Position numbers and translations under genes: made by a program. Shown here one piece after another: positions 50,556-64,000 of a stretch of 64,000 bases of DNA. Source of the DNA: Octopus vulgaris. Taxonomy: Eukaryota. Under the pieces are notes generated by a model that was not told the origin of the DNA, ran no database searches, and saw nothing but the letters and a program-made list of their open reading frames with translations. Where the stretch lies: contig OX597814.1 in NCBI GenBank assembly GCA_951406725.2, positions 84,630,001 through 84,694,000 on the forward strand, read 5' to 3'. Positions within the stretch are counted from its first letter, which is position 1, and each line of letters opens with the position of its first letter.

Positions 50556-52449
50556 GTATGTATGTATATATTGTTTGTGTCATAAGATTTTATAAACTCT
50601 TGAGAGAACATGAAGTAATTTTTTTTTTTGCGGGGTGGGAATTAGATCTTGAAGCACATAAATGCTATAAATAATATTATGTAAAAATTGGGTTGAAGAA
50701 CTCTTTTGGATAGAAAATTTCAAAGACTGCCCTTCATGTCTACCAGAGATGTGGGGTCATGATCCATGGGCTGCCTTCAACATTTTTTTTTTTTTTTATC
50801 CAAAAGGGTTTTTGTGCCTAATTTTAACATACTTTTATTTATAGCATTTATGTGCTTTGAAATCCAATTCTAAAAAGAATTACACACACACATACACACA
50901 AGCACCTCCTTTTTTTTTTTCATTATTATTTTAAAATCTGTTAAATCTGGAAGGGAGTAGATCTGAAACGAAGCTATATCATTGTGGTTATTATTACAAG
51001 TTATTATTATTCAAATTGTTTTGTGTGGGCCACTGTTTTGGGAAACTAATATCACTGTAGCAGACAATACTCATTTCAATTGTTTTGAATATCTAGTATG
51101 TCTAACTCTTTGGCATTTAAACTGGCCATATCCAGCCCGAATATTCTTCTTGTTTTATGTTCAAACTGGCTATATCTGGCCTCTCACACCTAGCCTACAA
51201 TGTTGTTTTAAAAACAAACAATCCCATCATCATAATTTTGAAGCTTTGAGATAATGCATGATTAATTCAAAGCAATGTGAATAAATATGCTTTATATTTG
51301 ACAGAATAATCTGAATGCTAAAGGGTTGACCCACAGGCTACTAAGCAGAGGTTAAGTAAACCATATACATGTAATGATGGGGTGGGGGAAAATAGGTGAG
51401 AAATCATTTAAATACAGGAAAGGAAATGCAATTATTTGGATAATGTTGTTGCAGACCATTAAGTTAATTTTCTAAGATCAATAACGAACGAACTTCTTTT
51501 GATCCTTTTGAAGAGATATCTTGCGTAAGACAGTGTTATAGAGATGAATACCTAGTTCTGAGATTCTGTGTCAAAAACCTGGATTCCTGGATAGAATTCT
51601 TTTCAAGAACCCGTGTAAAATCCAGCTGATTGTATGATAACATACTGTTCTTCAGAAAAATTGATTAGTTCTGTACATGAAAGTAAATTTAGGATGTTTC
51701 AAACAAATTCAGTTTTGCTACAGAGTGATGATGTGATGATTGAGTAATTAATTTGATTAATGAGTTTAATTTATGTTGCAATCCTAACTACATCCTCCTT
51801 TAGCCAAGGGTCATCACATTCTTAATGTTCATGGTTGATTGACTTGTATCTAGACAGTACACCCATTTCACAAATGAATTGCAGAATCTTTGATATAAAA
51901 ATATTTCAATTTATAGAATCTTTCAATAGTCATATGAATTAGATAACAATAATTTGATATTAGAAATTCAAACAAAGAGGTTGTGATTTTATGTTGCAAT
52001 TAAGCAGACATAACTGTTAATTTATAAAAAAGATTAATAAAATGTCAGGAATCTCCTTGCCAAAAAAACAAACAAACAAAAAAAAAACGATACTAAACAA
52101 AAACAAACAAAACTCTAAAACTGTCTTAGACTGATGTGAAATTGATTTTATGAACTCTGATATGAAATTATCTGTGGATTTTTCTACAGGAACAACTTAA
52201 AAAATAATTTATACTAAGCGTTAAATTTTCTTACATCCATTTGTGTTAAATTTATTTCAACTATTCTTAGATTTTAGTGATTTATTTTCAGTTTTAGATT
52301 AAGGTATATGTTGAATTTTGTAGGGTATTATTTGTTCAAATAAAGCTAAAGGAATTAAAATGGGAATATATTCTTGTGAGAAAAGATTTGATAAATTTTA
52401 GAGACAAAATCTAGAGTATTCATTTAATTTGATTTTGTGTGTGTGCACG

Positions 52450-52487
<38 letters not shown>

Positions 52488-52820
52488 TCTATGTATGTAT
52501 GTATATATATATAAAATGTATGTACTGAGTCTTAATGAGAAATTATACCTTGCTAAAGTTTCTCAGGTGCTGGGGTGGGTTTTTTTGTGTGTATAGAGGT
52601 ATTCTCTGAAAATTCAAAAAGACAGTGAGGTCTGGTTCCTACCTTTGAATAGGTCGCTACATCCTTGTTACTTGCAAGAATTTTACTACCCTGTTAACTG
52701 TTTATTAAATTTTCCATGTTAACGGTAAACAAAGGATAATTAATTCACCCATTTACATATATGTATATGTATACACACATACACACACACACATACATAT
52801 ACATACATATATATATATAT

Positions 52821-53196
52821 CAGGAATGTGCCATCAGTAATTACTCAGGGTAGGCAGTTGGTGACGTTTATGTAGTAAAACACACACAAAAATAAGCAAA
52901 ACGTGGACACAGGAATGAGTTGGAGGTACTTCTGCCTTTATAAGCACATAAAGAAAACGTTGTAGGAATGTACGTAGTGCGTGTACTACAGCAGTACTAT
53001 GCATAGCTTTAATACTGAGATTGAAAGTCAGGGGCGAATTATGCGAATTTTGCATTTTATGCATAGTAATCAGAGTGACCTTCATAGTTTTAATGAATTA
53101 TGTGCATATTTTGCCATAAAAGGAAAATGTTACTATTGATCCAATTTATTCAGGGTAGGCACTGCCTACCTTGTTTACCCAGGCAGCATGTCCCTG
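52821..53196. mobile_element. Probable non-autonomous DNA transposon
   Basis: Imperfect TIRs CAGGAATGTGCC and GCAGCATGTCCCTG, with subterminal CAGGGTAGGCA motifs near both ends. Confidence 0.45.
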
Positions 53197-53201
53197 TTAT
53201 C

Positions 53202-53234
<33 letters not shown>

Positions 53235-53282
53235 GTATATATATATGTATATATATGTATATATATGTATATATTGTGTATA

Positions 53283-53335
<53 letters not shown>

Positions 53336-55083
53336 ATGTGTGTGTGTGTATATGTTTGTGTATACTTGTGTATACATGTATACAATATTTTAATTTGAAT
53401 TCTGTTCGTTAAACTACTTTTACCTTTAATACTATAGCTATAACAGAAAAAATAGGTATTTAATCCCTTTTGACTGTGAAGAAAGCTTGCTGTATAAAAT
53501 ATCTGGTTCAACAATTAAGTCATAGATACGTAGTAGATTTGAACTCATAATCCATGAACTCCTAATTCACTATTTTATCCATTCTACTAATTTATCACCA
53601 AATATACTGAGGATTACCTCCCAATAAAATTCCTTTCCTATTAATTCTTGTCAGTAATCTGTAAATCTTCATCCTTGCTGTGAAACAACTGTTGTTAAAA
53701 AAGTACAAAACTATATTAACAACAGACTGAATTTATGCATACTCAGTCCATGATGGTGTCTGAGTGGTTCTTGACTAAGAAAAACGTCTGTGATCTAGTT
53801 TTGTGTTTTAGTTGAAACTGTTTCATTGAAATTACTAAATGTCCTTTGAAAGTCCTGAGCACCAACCACTTCCAATTTGTGCCTGCACCTCACAAGGGAG
53901 CTCCATATTTAAAAGTATATATAAAAAATTTCTGTTCACCATATTGACAATATTCTTTATGCATAAGACTCACTCCAACATTTGTTATCGAGAGATCCTG
54001 AAAACATATTTAGAATTAGAACTTTTGTAGCATTTCTTTTCCATTGTGGCATGAAATACTCCCAAGCTTTTTGTTGGTAACAATTTATTTAAAAAAAAAA
54101 AAATTCTGAAAAAAAATTAACTAAGGGAAATAACTCAACTGGACAAAAGGCAAGCAGAAAATTCTTAATTAAAATTTTCTCCACAGACTATTTTTTCATA
54201 GATTTTTTTCTTCCTTTCTCTAACTAATAGGCACAGACATGGTTGTGCGGTAAGTAGTTTCTCAACCGTATGTTTTGGGGTTCCGTCCCACTGCATAGCA
54301 CCTTGGGCAAGTGTCTTCTGCTCTTCTGCTATAGCTCTAGGCCGACCAAAGCCTTGTGTGTCTATTTTGTATAGACAGAAACTGAAAGAATCCCTTTTGT
54401 GTGTGTGTGTGTGTGTGTGTGCATGGATGCGTGTGTGTATGTTTTTGATTGCCCTTCATCATAGTTCGACAACCAGTGCTAGTTTGTTTACATCCCTGTA
54501 ACGTAGCGGATCAGTAAAAGAGACTGATAGCGATTGTTAGTGAATCAATTGCTGTTATCTTTTACTGTGAATTCTAGAGAAGAGGAGGTAATTCGAGATA
54601 CCTTATTTCTTGAAATTGCCTCCACATTCCCTTGAAAATCATTAACAAAATTGCTGCTAGTTTAAAAAAAAAAATTTTTTTTTTACCTCCAACTATATGG
54701 GAAATTTCAATTAAAGACATTTTGCGTATGGCATTTATTGCACTATTCCTTAACTTGACAATTTTTGAATAAATAAACAAAAAAAAAAAATTCACGATGA
54801 AGAGTTACCCCCCTTACACTGTTGACATTAAAAAAAAAAAAAATCGGTTTCAATAAAAACTTAATATTTGTAATTTTGGTTCCTTTGTGTACCCTTACCA
54901 TCATTCTCCATCCAACTACCAAAATATTAGGCGACACTGTTTTTGTCATCTTTTTTGTATCTCTACATTTACTTAAAAAAAAACTACAAAAGTTAGGAAA
55001 TCAGTTTCTATTTTTTTTATTAATGACTTATTAGCAAAATTGAAAAATAATTGTCTATAAAAGCATTGATTTTTTTTAGCAAG

Positions 55084-55176
55084 TTATATAACCCATACTT
55101 CATCCTCTGTTCTAATATATCACTGTCCTCCTCTGTTCCAATATATCACTCTCTGGATGAAGTATGGGTTATATAA
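55084..55176. repeat. 22-bp perfect inverted repeat enclosing a short tandem duplication
   Basis: TTATATAACCCATACTTCATCC ... GGATGAAGTATGGGTTATATAA. The spacer contains TCTGTTCYAATATATCACT twice. Confidence 0.9.
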
Positions 55177-55279
55177 AAAACTAAATAGAATAGAAATATA
55201 TTATTTATACACACATAAATGCATAACACAGTTTCTTTAAAATATTAGTGGATGTAATAGTTTTTTCTGTTGACTACAA

Positions 55280-57135
55280 TTTGCACATATTTCAGGTGTA
55301 GTAAGAGATGTGCCATCTAATATATTCTATTTGGAATGTCATGAGTTCATCAGCAGTCACAGCAGTGCTGCCCTCCATCGAGGTCTTGACTATGATTTTA
55401 GAATGGTGCCTAGGGTTCACCGAAGTGATAACTTGGCTGGTAGGCAACCCCGAGTGCTTGTCAAGTCACACCCATCTTTTTTTCTATCTTTCATTAACTT
55501 GGAGATGTTGCCATAGACGTATTCATTGGTAATTTTCTGCATCTATTGCTGATAAAAGATCATATAAAAGATGTGAAGTTAGCCAAGATACAAGTCTGAC
55601 ATCCATAAAGGAGGGTTTTCTTTCTGCTGTAAAGATATTATTCTTGTCTTTTCTGAAAAGGTTGGAGGTTTACATATTCTTTATATCACTGAGCAGTTTC
55701 CAGTCAACCCTCTATGCACTTTGATGCCCCCACCCTCTCCAAGGTTGCTGTGAATGTTTCCAAGAACTTGGAATCATAAACCTGCTTGAATGGAGTCCCT
55801 TTAATAACTTGAGGGACTTATGATATAGCCTGACTTTGTTGCACTGAGTTTATATCCCTGACAGAAGGATCTGATCATTTGTGATTTCTTCCAGTATCAA
55901 AGTGATGTCATTGATAAGGTCCAAATCAATTAGTGTCATCAAACGAATCTTCTTGAGCTTCCCTTGGTGTAATGATGAATTCTAGTTTCTTATTATCCCC
56001 AATTGCTTGTTGAGGGCTTAGCCAAAATGATAACATGTGTAGAACCCCAACCTGCTTCTCAAGCACTTTAATTTCACTATTCTGTGCCATGTATGTGTGT
56101 GGACTTGCTGGCTTGAAGGATATGAAGTAGTTTTCCTTATACCTTAAGGGTCTTCATAATTTCTTTCCTCTTATGAATTGAATCAAGTGCTTTCTTGAAG
56201 TTGATAAATATCAAGATAACAGTGAATAGGTTTTTCATCTCTTCTATTATTCTTAGAAAGGACCAGGATCTGTGCAATATTGCTTGCTTCATATGGAAAC
56301 TATTCTGGTTGTATCTCAGCTTGGGACTAATGGCTACATTTATCTTGTGAGAGATTATCTGAATATAGAGCTGCAGAAAGGCAGGTTACCCTGATACCAT
56401 GATAGTTGTCAGTCTTGGTAAGTGATCTGGACTTAAAAAAAAATGATTATGTTTGAAAGAGACCATTGTTGTGGTTGTGTCCTTCTGCTTTCCTGTTGCA
56501 GTACTTGAGCACCTCAGGTGGGATCCTATTAACTTCAGCACCCTTTTCAACTCAACAGTTTTTGTCAATGCCAATAAGGTTGGTGGAGATATCTTCATTC
56601 TTCTTGTCTCCTGGACTTAGTATCTCAGGCTCACTTTGTTGTCACAATTCTGTAATCAGACCCAAATGTGTTGAAACTATAGTAAACTTTTGGGTTCATC
56701 ACACTCATGACACTTTTTTTTTCTCATGAGGATGTAGTCAAGTTATTCTTGGCTAGAGCTGCACAACCCTCATGTGTCCACAGTTCACTAGTACACTTCT
56801 AAAACTGTGGTAGGAGAGGTGAGGTTGTGTTCCTAAAAAGACGCCATTCTATTTAGTGAGGTTAAATAATGAGAAGGACATGTCTTCCAAATCAAATCAG
56901 ATGTTAAAATCACCAAAGATGGTCATATGTTATTTGCTGCACTAGTAAGACACAAAGTCTTACATAGATTTTCCTCCATATCCTCTTTGTCAATGGAGTT
57001 TTGGAAGCAAGTGGCTATCTACAACAGTTCTAATAGTTTCCTTCAAATTCAGTTATAAGGACATGATCACTGTCTGACCTGATGCCCTGTAGTACTTTGT
57101 TCAACATCAGTCCAACCCCACTTTGTGCAGAGTTC
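55280..57135 (-). mobile_element. Heavily decayed RTE-clade LINE (AP endonuclease and RT remnants)
   Basis: Minus-strand remnants GVGLMLN (~57100), IFGDFNI (~56900), SPDHLP (~56420), IFINFKKALDSI (~56190) and DLDLINDI (~55900). Confidence 0.7.
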
Positions 57136-57146
57136 CTTGATATATA

Positions 57147-57560
57147 TAATAATAATAATGAAATTATTGTATACAGTGCTCAGGTGCACCACAACTTGTC
57201 AGAAAGTGCATATAAAGTACATGCAGTAATGTAGAAATGTCTGGAAAGCGAACAATGTATGAGTCAGATACATGCTTGTGTGTGTATGGAGGGGAGAAAA
57301 TCAAGTGTAGTGTTGGCGAATTTTGAAGGATGCAGTGCTCCGACAACTAACAACCAATGCCGGCAGTTTGTTCCATGCTTCAGCAACTCTCAGCGTGAAA
57401 AAATGTTTCCTAAAGTCATGGGAGCTGTGCTGTTTTCTTACTTTGTAAATATGTCCACGGGTGTTAGATGGGTGGAGTTTGAAGAGGTGCTCAGAGTTAT
57501 TGTTTGTGCGATGGTTGATGGTTGTGCGATATGATGGGGTAAATTCCCTTAATGTCTGAA
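57147..57560 (-). mobile_element. CR1-clade LINE 3' end with (ATT)n tail
   Basis: NTRGHIYKVRK..RKHFFTLRVAEAWNKLP is the typical CR1 ORF2 C-terminus. Tail reads (ATT)n on the minus strand at ~57147-57160. Confidence 0.85.
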
Positions 57561-58187
57561 GACCTGAATTTTCCATCAAGATGAATGTGCCAATGCTTTT
57601 AAACCCCCAGGATATTATTCCTCAGCTACTTATTCCCAATGTCAGTTCAGTGAATTGGGATGATAAATGAATAATATTTCTTATAGGTTGGATACAGTCC
57701 ACACTGGAATACTTATAGTAGTAGAATAAAATGCTGATAAATACCAACTATGTATATACTTTTACTATTTATTGCTTTCGGCTTGATATCACCATGTCAA
57801 ATAGCCCTGACATATGTACAGACGACTTTCCATTTGTTTTCATCTATTAACTTTTTTAGTTAAAACAGAATCAAATATTTATTTTGCTTATCTAATACTT
57901 TGAGAGAGGTGTGGCACATCTCATGTAGACCTATGTATTTCCTTTTTTCATCCTTTTGGTTTTTGCTCCTTCCTTTTGTTTTTCATTTCTACATTTCGTC
58001 TTTGCTTGGAGCACTTTAATTTGTATCTGAAACTGAACATTTTAGTTGAAGCAGCATTAACAGATTTTACAAAACCTAGTGTAAATTGTATGACTGGGGG
58101 ACAGGAACTGAGGAGATGATTTGTTTTTTTTCTCTTTTCCCATGAAATTTTTTTCAAATTTTGGTTGGAATTGTTCAACATTTAGAT

Positions 58188-58391
58188 CAGGCATGGGCAA
58201 CATTTCTCAAACTAGTGGGCTGCATGGGTCATGGCTTATCATCGGTTGGGTTGCACTACTAAAAAAAATTCAAGGTAAATTTTGTTAGATATCTAACAAA
58301 TTGGCGATAAACATTACTTTTATTAGGTATCCCAGTCAGAAAGTCCTATGGGATGCAATGCAGCCTGCAAGTCCCATTTTACCCATGACTG
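58188..58391. mobile_element. hAT MITE
   Basis: TIRs CAGGCATGGGCAA and TTACCCATGACTG. TSD ATTTAGAT / ATTCAGAT. Confidence 0.8.
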
Positions 58392-58555
58392 ATTCAGATT
58401 TTGCACTGCATCATTTCTCTCAATATTTTGGTCTTCTTTCATTTTGTCCCAGTTTCTTTTTGCATTCACCTCCTTTCTTTCTCAAGAGAAGGAACAAGCC
58501 TATAGCCATTAGGCTACAAGAAAGGAACCATTGGCTTTTACTCCATAATATTTAA

Positions 58556-58757
58556 CCCTTTGGCACTTAAACCAGCCATATCAGGCCTAAATATTCTACA
58601 TGCTTTATGTTCAAACCAGCCAAATCTGGCCTCTCACACATACTCTACAATGTCATCCTCAAAATAAGCAATCACATCATCAAAACCTTGAAGCTAAAAG
58701 ATAATGCACGATTAATTCAAAACAATGTGAATACATAAGTATCTGAATACTAAAGGG
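58556..58757. mobile_element. piggyBac-type MITE family A (other copies 6435-6652, ~19093-19304, ~22346-22563, ~37400-37520, ~51104-51326)
   Basis: TTAA flanks, CCCTTTAGCATT-type TIR, shared internal sequence ..CTGGCCTCTCACAC...CTACAATGTCAT... Confidence 0.85.
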
Positions 58758-59142
58758 TTAAAACACAAAATCATTTGTAAATATTTTAAAGTCAATCTTT
58801 GCACTCAATGAAAAACAAAAACAAAAACAAAAAAAATTCAACAAAAATCTCAAGTATGGCTTTAAACCATCTAAACAATTATTTACATGAAAATGGTCAT
58901 TCGTATATATTTTACAAAGGCAACAAAAATGGAACGTTGCAATAAGGTCTTTAAAAAAACAAACATTTTCATTTTTTTCCTCCCTGATTTTTTTTTTCTT
59001 CCTTCATTTCAGAGCATTTTTATTCCCCAAATCCCCTCACAAAATTGTATTGTTTCCTTAATATCTATATCATGTATGTTTGAATGGAAATAATTTGAAA
59101 TAAATATCATTATTAATCCATAATGCAATGATGTCTACTTTA

Positions 59143-60246
59143 TTATTGAATGAGAGAGCAGTGCATGCCATCAAAGTGACACTGGGGTAAAAATATACAA
59201 AGCCCAGTATACCCTTCATGACTACCTGTGTGATAAGGGTACACCAGGCACATGCATCACAACCATATATGCACGACCTGGTGATTTCATATCAAGATAA
59301 ACAGCGCATGATCTTGCAGGTGGGGCCCAGTTAGAATTTTCTTCAGGTTGAGTTGCCCATCCCACTCAAAAGGTCCCTGAATAAGGGTTGTTTAAGGATG
59401 TTGGACGAAACACTCATTTCCACAGGTGAATTATCCAAACCCCAAAGAATTCCTCTCAAAACATGGCTATGATGCTCCCCTAACTACTTCTGCTCGTGAT
59501 CAGAGATGCACAAATCATCAGCCACTAAGGGTTAAGCTCAACTGGTTAAGATCAAGCAGATCTGTGGTACTAAACAGAATATTTGCCTATCTTTTATACC
59601 AAGACAAAACAATGTACATGATAACACTTCCAGACAGTTAAAATTAGAAGCCATGAGAGCCACTGTCTGGTACTGCATGTTATTATCATTATTTTTTATC
59701 ATTATTGAGTGAGAGAGAAATGCATGCCATCAAAGTGACACTGGGATACAAGTATACAAAGCCCAATATACACATCATGACTACCCGTCTCATAAGGGTA
59801 CACTAGGCACATGCATCATAACCATATGTGTGTGACATGGTGATCTTATATCAAGATAATGCATGACATTGTAGGTAGGGCCCAGCTAGAAATTCCTTCA
59901 GGTTAAGTAGTTCATTCTGTTCAGAAGGTCTCTGAATAAGGGCTATTTAAGAATGATGAATGAAACACCTGTTTCCAGGGGTGAATTATTTAAACCCCAA
60001 AGAATTCCTCTCAACACCTGGCTATGATGCTCTTCCACTACTCCTGCTTGTGATCAGAGATGCACATATTGTCAGCCACTAAGGATCATGCTCAATTGGT
60101 TAAGATCAAGCAACTGATAAGCAGATCTGTGGTATTGAACTGCATATTTGTTGTAGCCCATCTTTTTAACCATAACAAAATATACATGATAACACTTCCA
60201 ATAAGTTAAAATCAGATGTGATGAGAGCCACTACCTGGTATTGCAT
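59143..60246 (-). repeat. Two tandem diverged copies of a ~530-bp interspersed element (third copy, opposite strand, at ~42680-43207)
   Basis: 59143-59677 and 59700-60246 align end to end and are separated by ATT/ATC repeats. Confidence 0.85.
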
Positions 60247-60255
60247 CTTACTATT

Positions 60256-60730
60256 AAAGTGGCAAGCTGGAAGAATTGCTGGGCAAAATGCTTCATGGCA
60301 TTTCTCCCTGCTTTATGTTCTGAGTTCAAATTCCACCAAGGTTTGAGTATGCCTTTTATCCTTTTGGTGTCAATAAAATAAGTACGAGTTGAGCACTAGG
60401 GTTGATGTAATTGACTAGCCACCTCCCTCAAAATTTCAGGCCTTGTGCCTATAGTAGAAAGGATTATTATTACTATCATTATTATTAGTAGTAGTTGTAG
60501 TAGGAGTAGTATTAATAAAGCAGAGAGCTGGCAGAATTGTTAACACGCTGGACGAAATGCTTAGTGATATTTTGCCTGTCACTACATTCTGAGTTCAAAT
60601 TCTGCTGAGTTCGACTTTGCTCTCCATCCTTTCAGGGTCAATAAATTAAGTATCAGTGAAACACTGGGGTCAATGTAATCAACTAGTCTCCTCCCACCAA
60701 ATTTCAGGCCATGTATCTTTAGTAGAACAG

Positions 60731-60777
<47 letters not shown>

Positions 60778-61500
60778 GATGGTGAGCTTACAGAATCATT
60801 AGCATGCTGGAAAAAATGCTTAGCAGTATTTCGCCCATCTTTATGTTCTGAGTTCAAATTCCACCAAGGTCTTCTTTCAGGATTGATAAAATAAGTACCA
60901 GTTGAGCGTGGGAGGTCAGTTTAATCGACTTAACCCCTCCCCAAAATTTCAGGCCTTGTGTCTATAATAGAAAGGATTATTATTATATAAGTAAGGTGGT
61001 GAGCTTGCAGAATCATTAGCAGCATTTCATCTGGCATTGATGTTGCCTTTCATCCTTTTGGGGTCAATAAAATAAATACCAGTTGAGCACTGGGGTTGAT
61101 GTAGTTGACTAACCCCCACCCCTCAGAATTCCAGGTGTTGTGTCTAAAGCAGAGAGAATTATTATTTAAGACTGCAATCTGGCAGAATTGTTAGAACACT
61201 GGATAAAATGTTTAGCGGAATTTTTTTGGCTTCATGTTCTGAGTTCAAATTCTGGCAAGATCAGCTTTACTTTTCACTAGCCCCAACCTATAAAATTTCA
61301 GACCTTGTGTTTATAGCTGAAAAAATTTAGGGTGATGGATTGGCAGAATCATAAATATGTCAGACAAAATATCATGCAATATTTCTTTTGGTCCTTTATG
61401 TTTTGAGTTCAAATCCCACTGAAATTAGCTTTCATCTTTTTGGAGGGTCAATAAAATAAAATAAAATAAAATACCAGTCTAGTACTGGGGATAATTTAAT
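60256..61500 (+). mobile_element. Head-to-tail array of about 6 tRNA-derived Nin/Deu-domain SINEs in (ATT)n
   Basis: Repeated units AAGGYGGYGAGCTGGCAGAAT..GAGTTCAAATTC..TTTCATCCTTTCGGGGTCRATAAAATAAGTACCAG..GGCCTTGTG..ATTATT. Confidence 0.88.
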
Positions 61501-62378
61501 CAAATAACTTTAGGCACAGGTACTGTGTGGAAAGAAGCCTGCTTCCCAACCACATGGTTCTGGGTTCAGTTCCACTGCATGGTACATTGGGCAAGTATCT
61601 TCTACTATACCCTCAGGCTGACCAAAGACTTGTGAGTAGATTTGGTAGAGAGAAACTGAAAAAAGCCTGTTACCTGTCATATATATATATATATTTATCT
61701 GTGTATGTATGTCTTTGTGTCTGTGTTTGTTCCCCACCTCCGCTTGACAACCGGTGTTGGTATGCTTACATCCCTGTAACTTAGCAATTCAGCAAAAGTG
61801 ACCAATAGAATAAGTACCAGGCTTGACAAAAATTAAGTACTAGGATCGGTTCATTCAACTAAAAATTCATCAAGGTGTTGTCCCAGCATGGCCACTGTCA
61901 AATGAGAAAAACAACAAAATTTATAATCTTCTGTCTGTTTCTAACATAAACTGGAGGGCTGTAACTTCGAGATGATGAAACGATGATGTACTAATTGATG
62001 GTTGTTGCTGTGGGTCTGAGGCATTCAGTTAAGTGGAGGCTTTTGTACATAATAAAATGATCAAAAACAATTTTATATATAATTCCTAGTGAAGAGAAAA
62101 TCATTCACTTAAGGATTGATTTTTAAGAGAGTCAAGGGAAACAACTCCTAAATCCAATTGAATTACGTTGGGTCATACAGTGGAAAATGTCTTATTTTTG
62201 GTATGTATGGTGACAGCTATAGACTTGTGAAAGATAAGGGTGTCAGTTGGAATTTGTTGAAGCAAGGTTACTGTGGCTGGATGTCTTTTCTGTCATCGTA
62301 TCTCACCTGTTGTGAGTAGATGAAAATTGAAAGAAGCCCATTGTATATATATATACGACGATGATGATGATGATGATG

Positions 62379-62419
<41 letters not shown>

Positions 62420-62461
62420 GGTTATATTTTAAACCTAATAATTATATATATATATATAATA

Positions 62462-62501
<40 letters not shown>

Positions 62502-63374
62502 TTTAATATAATATACTGTTACTCAATGTATAATTTCATAAAAGTTAGGAAACTAACATTTATTTTGCTTTGTTTGAAAAAACGTCACCCCCAACTTAGG
62601 AAATCAATCACCACTTTTGATCCAAATCAGGCAAAATTCTAGGGGGTTCATAACGCCTGCTCAAGTTTTTACGAAACTTGGTGTGCTGACTCAATGCAAT
62701 TAGCTTTCTAGTTGAAGTAGTTTCGGAGTTATGGGCTTTTTAAATTATAGTTACTAGGTGGTACTAGATTCACACTTCAGTATTTCTGCTGCCTAAATCT
62801 TTGTAAACAAAAGAGAGATGTGGAATAAAAGTATATTTATACATTTTTATGATTACTGAATTGAAATTGCTCTATGCAAAGGTTCAAAACTAGGCTTTTC
62901 GATAACATACAAAATTAAAAACAATACATACTTTTAACATTATAGGTTTAATTCCAATTTTAAATAACTGTATGAGAAAAAGGGTGCTGAATGTTAGCAG
63001 ATTTTTAAATGTAACAAAGAATTAATATGTTTTATTAGATAAAATAAATCGAAGCTGTAGTTTCTCCTTCTTTTTACAAACATCATAAAGATCTTGAAGG
63101 CACTTGATTACCCATTCTGCACTCTGATTTGTTCTGGAAATTTCCAGTTTTGCCTTTCCCTTGGATAACATTGGTGGTATAGAAAGGGGAGGCTAATATG
63201 CATGGGCAACTGTTGGTCTTTCATAAACAACCTTGCTTGGACTTCTGCCGTTGAGGGGAAATTCATAGGTGTAATCCCATGGTTATTCTTGACCGAAGGG
63301 GCCTTTTTTTACTACCTCAGTCAACTGTAATAATGGTCATAGTAATTACAACAATGCTTACAATAACCACAAGT

Positions 63375-63443
63375 AATGTCCACAGTGATCAGAGCAATGG
63401 CCACAGTGACCACAGCATTGGCCACAGTGATCACAGCAATGGC
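63375..63443. repeat. 21-bp minisatellite, about 3 copies
   Basis: Unit AATGGCCACAGTGATCACAGC with variants. Confidence 0.85.
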
Positions 63444-63916
63444 TATAACAACCACTATGTTGTTTACTATAACAACAGAGTTATCAACCATCACTGACAG
63501 CTGTTACATAATCAGCCAGTGTTAGATCCCTTTTTTTATGCAGTCACCCATCCCGTTTGAAATAATAGTCAAATCTCCCTTGAACCCCATCTTACTGTTT
63601 TAAAGCAGGACTCATCATACCATGTCAATCTACATATATGAGTTAGTCATGGCTTGAATACATTATACTACTGGGTTAACCTGGAACTGAACAACCAGCC
63701 AAGGATCACAAAATTAGTGTCAGAAGGATGATATAATGAAGGATTTACTTGAATTGAACACACATCAGGTGCAGGCATGGCTGGGTGGTTAAGAAGCTCA
63801 CTTTGGAACCACATGTGTTGCACCTTGAACAAGTGTCTTCTACTATAGTCCTGGGCCAACCAATGCTTTGTGAGTGAATATGGTAGAAAGAAACTGTGTG
63901 GAAGTCCCTTGAATAT

Positions 63917-63918
<2 letters not shown>

Positions 63919-63985
<67 letters not shown>
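63919..63985. repeat. (GT)n microsatellite in a SINE
   Basis: Direct reading. Confidence 0.97.
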
Positions 63986-63993
<8 letters not shown>

Positions 63994-64000
63994 CGCATGT

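Noticed and set aside
53100-53514. Five overlapping ORFs
   Set aside because: (TG)n/(TA)n microsatellite artefacts.
63279-63497. ORF with HSDHSNG repeats, resembling a His-rich protein
   Set aside because: Arises from a 21-bp minisatellite. No splice or homology support.

Overview
AT-rich, repeat-dense animal genomic DNA. The SINE, LINE and MITE families point to an octopus or other cephalopod (inference). The one complete protein-coding gene I can assemble is SPRING1/C12orf49 (SREBP-regulating gene, site-1-protease cofactor): + strand, 5 coding exons (15693-15785, 40846-41005, 43416-43567, 46339-46452, 49368-49457), 202 aa, all introns GT-AG with consistent phases, and a 25-kb first intron. 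A probable terminal exon of an unidentified upstream gene starts at 3335. The rest is mostly transposon debris: a full-length decayed Tigger/pogo element head-to-head with the SPRING1 promoter, a DD37D-type mariner remnant, hAT and piggyBac-type MITEs, RTE, L1/Tx1, CR1 and R4/Dong LINE fragments, Penelope-like element (PLE) remnants, tRNA-derived SINEs and microsatellites. The most notable unexplained signal is a set of minimal hammerhead-ribozyme (HHR) motifs in SPRING1 introns. One sits inside a perfect 196-bp palindrome, giving an HHR on each strand, and another lies on the sense strand about 165 nt upstream of exon 2. There is also a tandemly duplicated exon-4 splice acceptor that could act as a poison acceptor.
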